DNA of 63,875 nucleotides, filler included, from Porpidia crustulata (lineage: Eukaryota), in assembly GCA_964255105.1 (NCBI GenBank). It is 19 parts of 19 records of this genome, joined end to end, with 100 filler letters (N's around TTAATTAATTAA, not from the genome) between each part and the next. Parts side by side here need not be neighbours in the genome. Positions count along the whole stretch, not along the records: positions 60,696 to 63,875 come from CAXUWE010002339.1; 18 more parts are not named here. The stretch is one strand, 5' to 3'. This document shows, piece after piece, positions 63,213 through 63,875 of the stretch. The notes under the pieces were generated by a model. That model was not told the DNA's origin. It saw only the letters and a list, made by a program, of their open reading frames with translations, and did not search any database. Each line of letters starts with the position of its first letter. Position 1 is the stretch's first letter. A program made the position numbers and the translations under genes.

Positions 63213-63875
63213 AGCGGGTTTCATGCGAACGATTGGGAACGCTGTTGTTCATACTCGGGTGTTTTACGGCTGGACTGGGGTGTCGCAGAGCTTGTCGTTT
63301 GGACGGTCTTTTTCTTTTTGCGGAGCTAGCGACTGCGCGTGCGTATGTTTAGCATTTATCGGGCGTTTGCGATTCGACACGTTCGCTTTCAGGCGGATGT
63401 TGTGGAGCTCAAAGTTGGTGATGGTGTGAAAAGCGATAGACGGCGTAATTATGAAATAGGCTTGCGGAAGATGTGCTTCAATATTAATGATTGACAGGAG
63501 GGAGAAATATGCAATTGCAGTAAGTAGAATGGATCGCGTAAGATTCAGGATGTATAGTCTTGCAATGGAGGCATGATCTCTCCGTAGACAAGACCAGTCG
63601 CTTCGAGGCACTAGATATAGATTGGACAGGATGGTATAAACGCCGTGAATACACCGAATTTACAGTACTCGCAGAGAAGGATCATTCCGGGCAAGTCATG
63701 GCTATGCCCCGACCCTCTAACGCTCCACCGCGCAAATGAACATCCCCCAGCTCATCCTCTCTCCTCACTCCCAAACCACCATCACCTCGTCCACCCCTCA
63801 TCGAAACCTTCCCTCGGCGGCCTCTCCGTCTGCGCCCTTGCATACTCCGCCGGCACCCCCCCATTTCCTGTCAAC

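Overview
Fungal (filamentous ascomycete-type) nuclear DNA that is not one locus. It is 19 unrelated contigs of about 3.2-3.3 kb, sorted by decreasing length and joined by 18 artificial 100-nt linkers (N44-TTAATTAATTAA-N44), so adjacency across linkers is meaningless. The contigs carry ordinary intron-containing genes (GH76, ELP6, RPL37, protoglobin-domain, SEC20, mitochondrial ThrRS, SERRATE/Ars2, PDX3, GH125, AYR1-type SDR, SRA/YDG protein, RCR-type, SRC1/HEH, DUF4139/4140, PRP18, AMS1, IML2, NST1, RHO2), a Tc1/mariner fragment and several pseudogenes. Main finding: both tRNA genes I could find, on separate contigs, are interrupted by what look like U2-type spliceosomal introns (GTRNGT...RCTAAC...AAG) at non-canonical positions, in addition to an ordinary 37/38 tRNA intron. 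tRNA-Leu(CAG) (2501-2639, minus) has a 48-nt insert at 53/54 in the T arm, and tRNA-Gly(GCC) (41109-41237, plus) has a 51-nt insert at 10/11 in the D stem. Exact GT-AG excision restores complete cloverleaves, but splicing itself is inferred, not shown. A second notable signal is RIP-like hypermutation with an unusual CpC->TpC (GG->GA) context that has destroyed a Kelch-repeat gene and another gene. Family calls are from motif recognition only; no searches were run.
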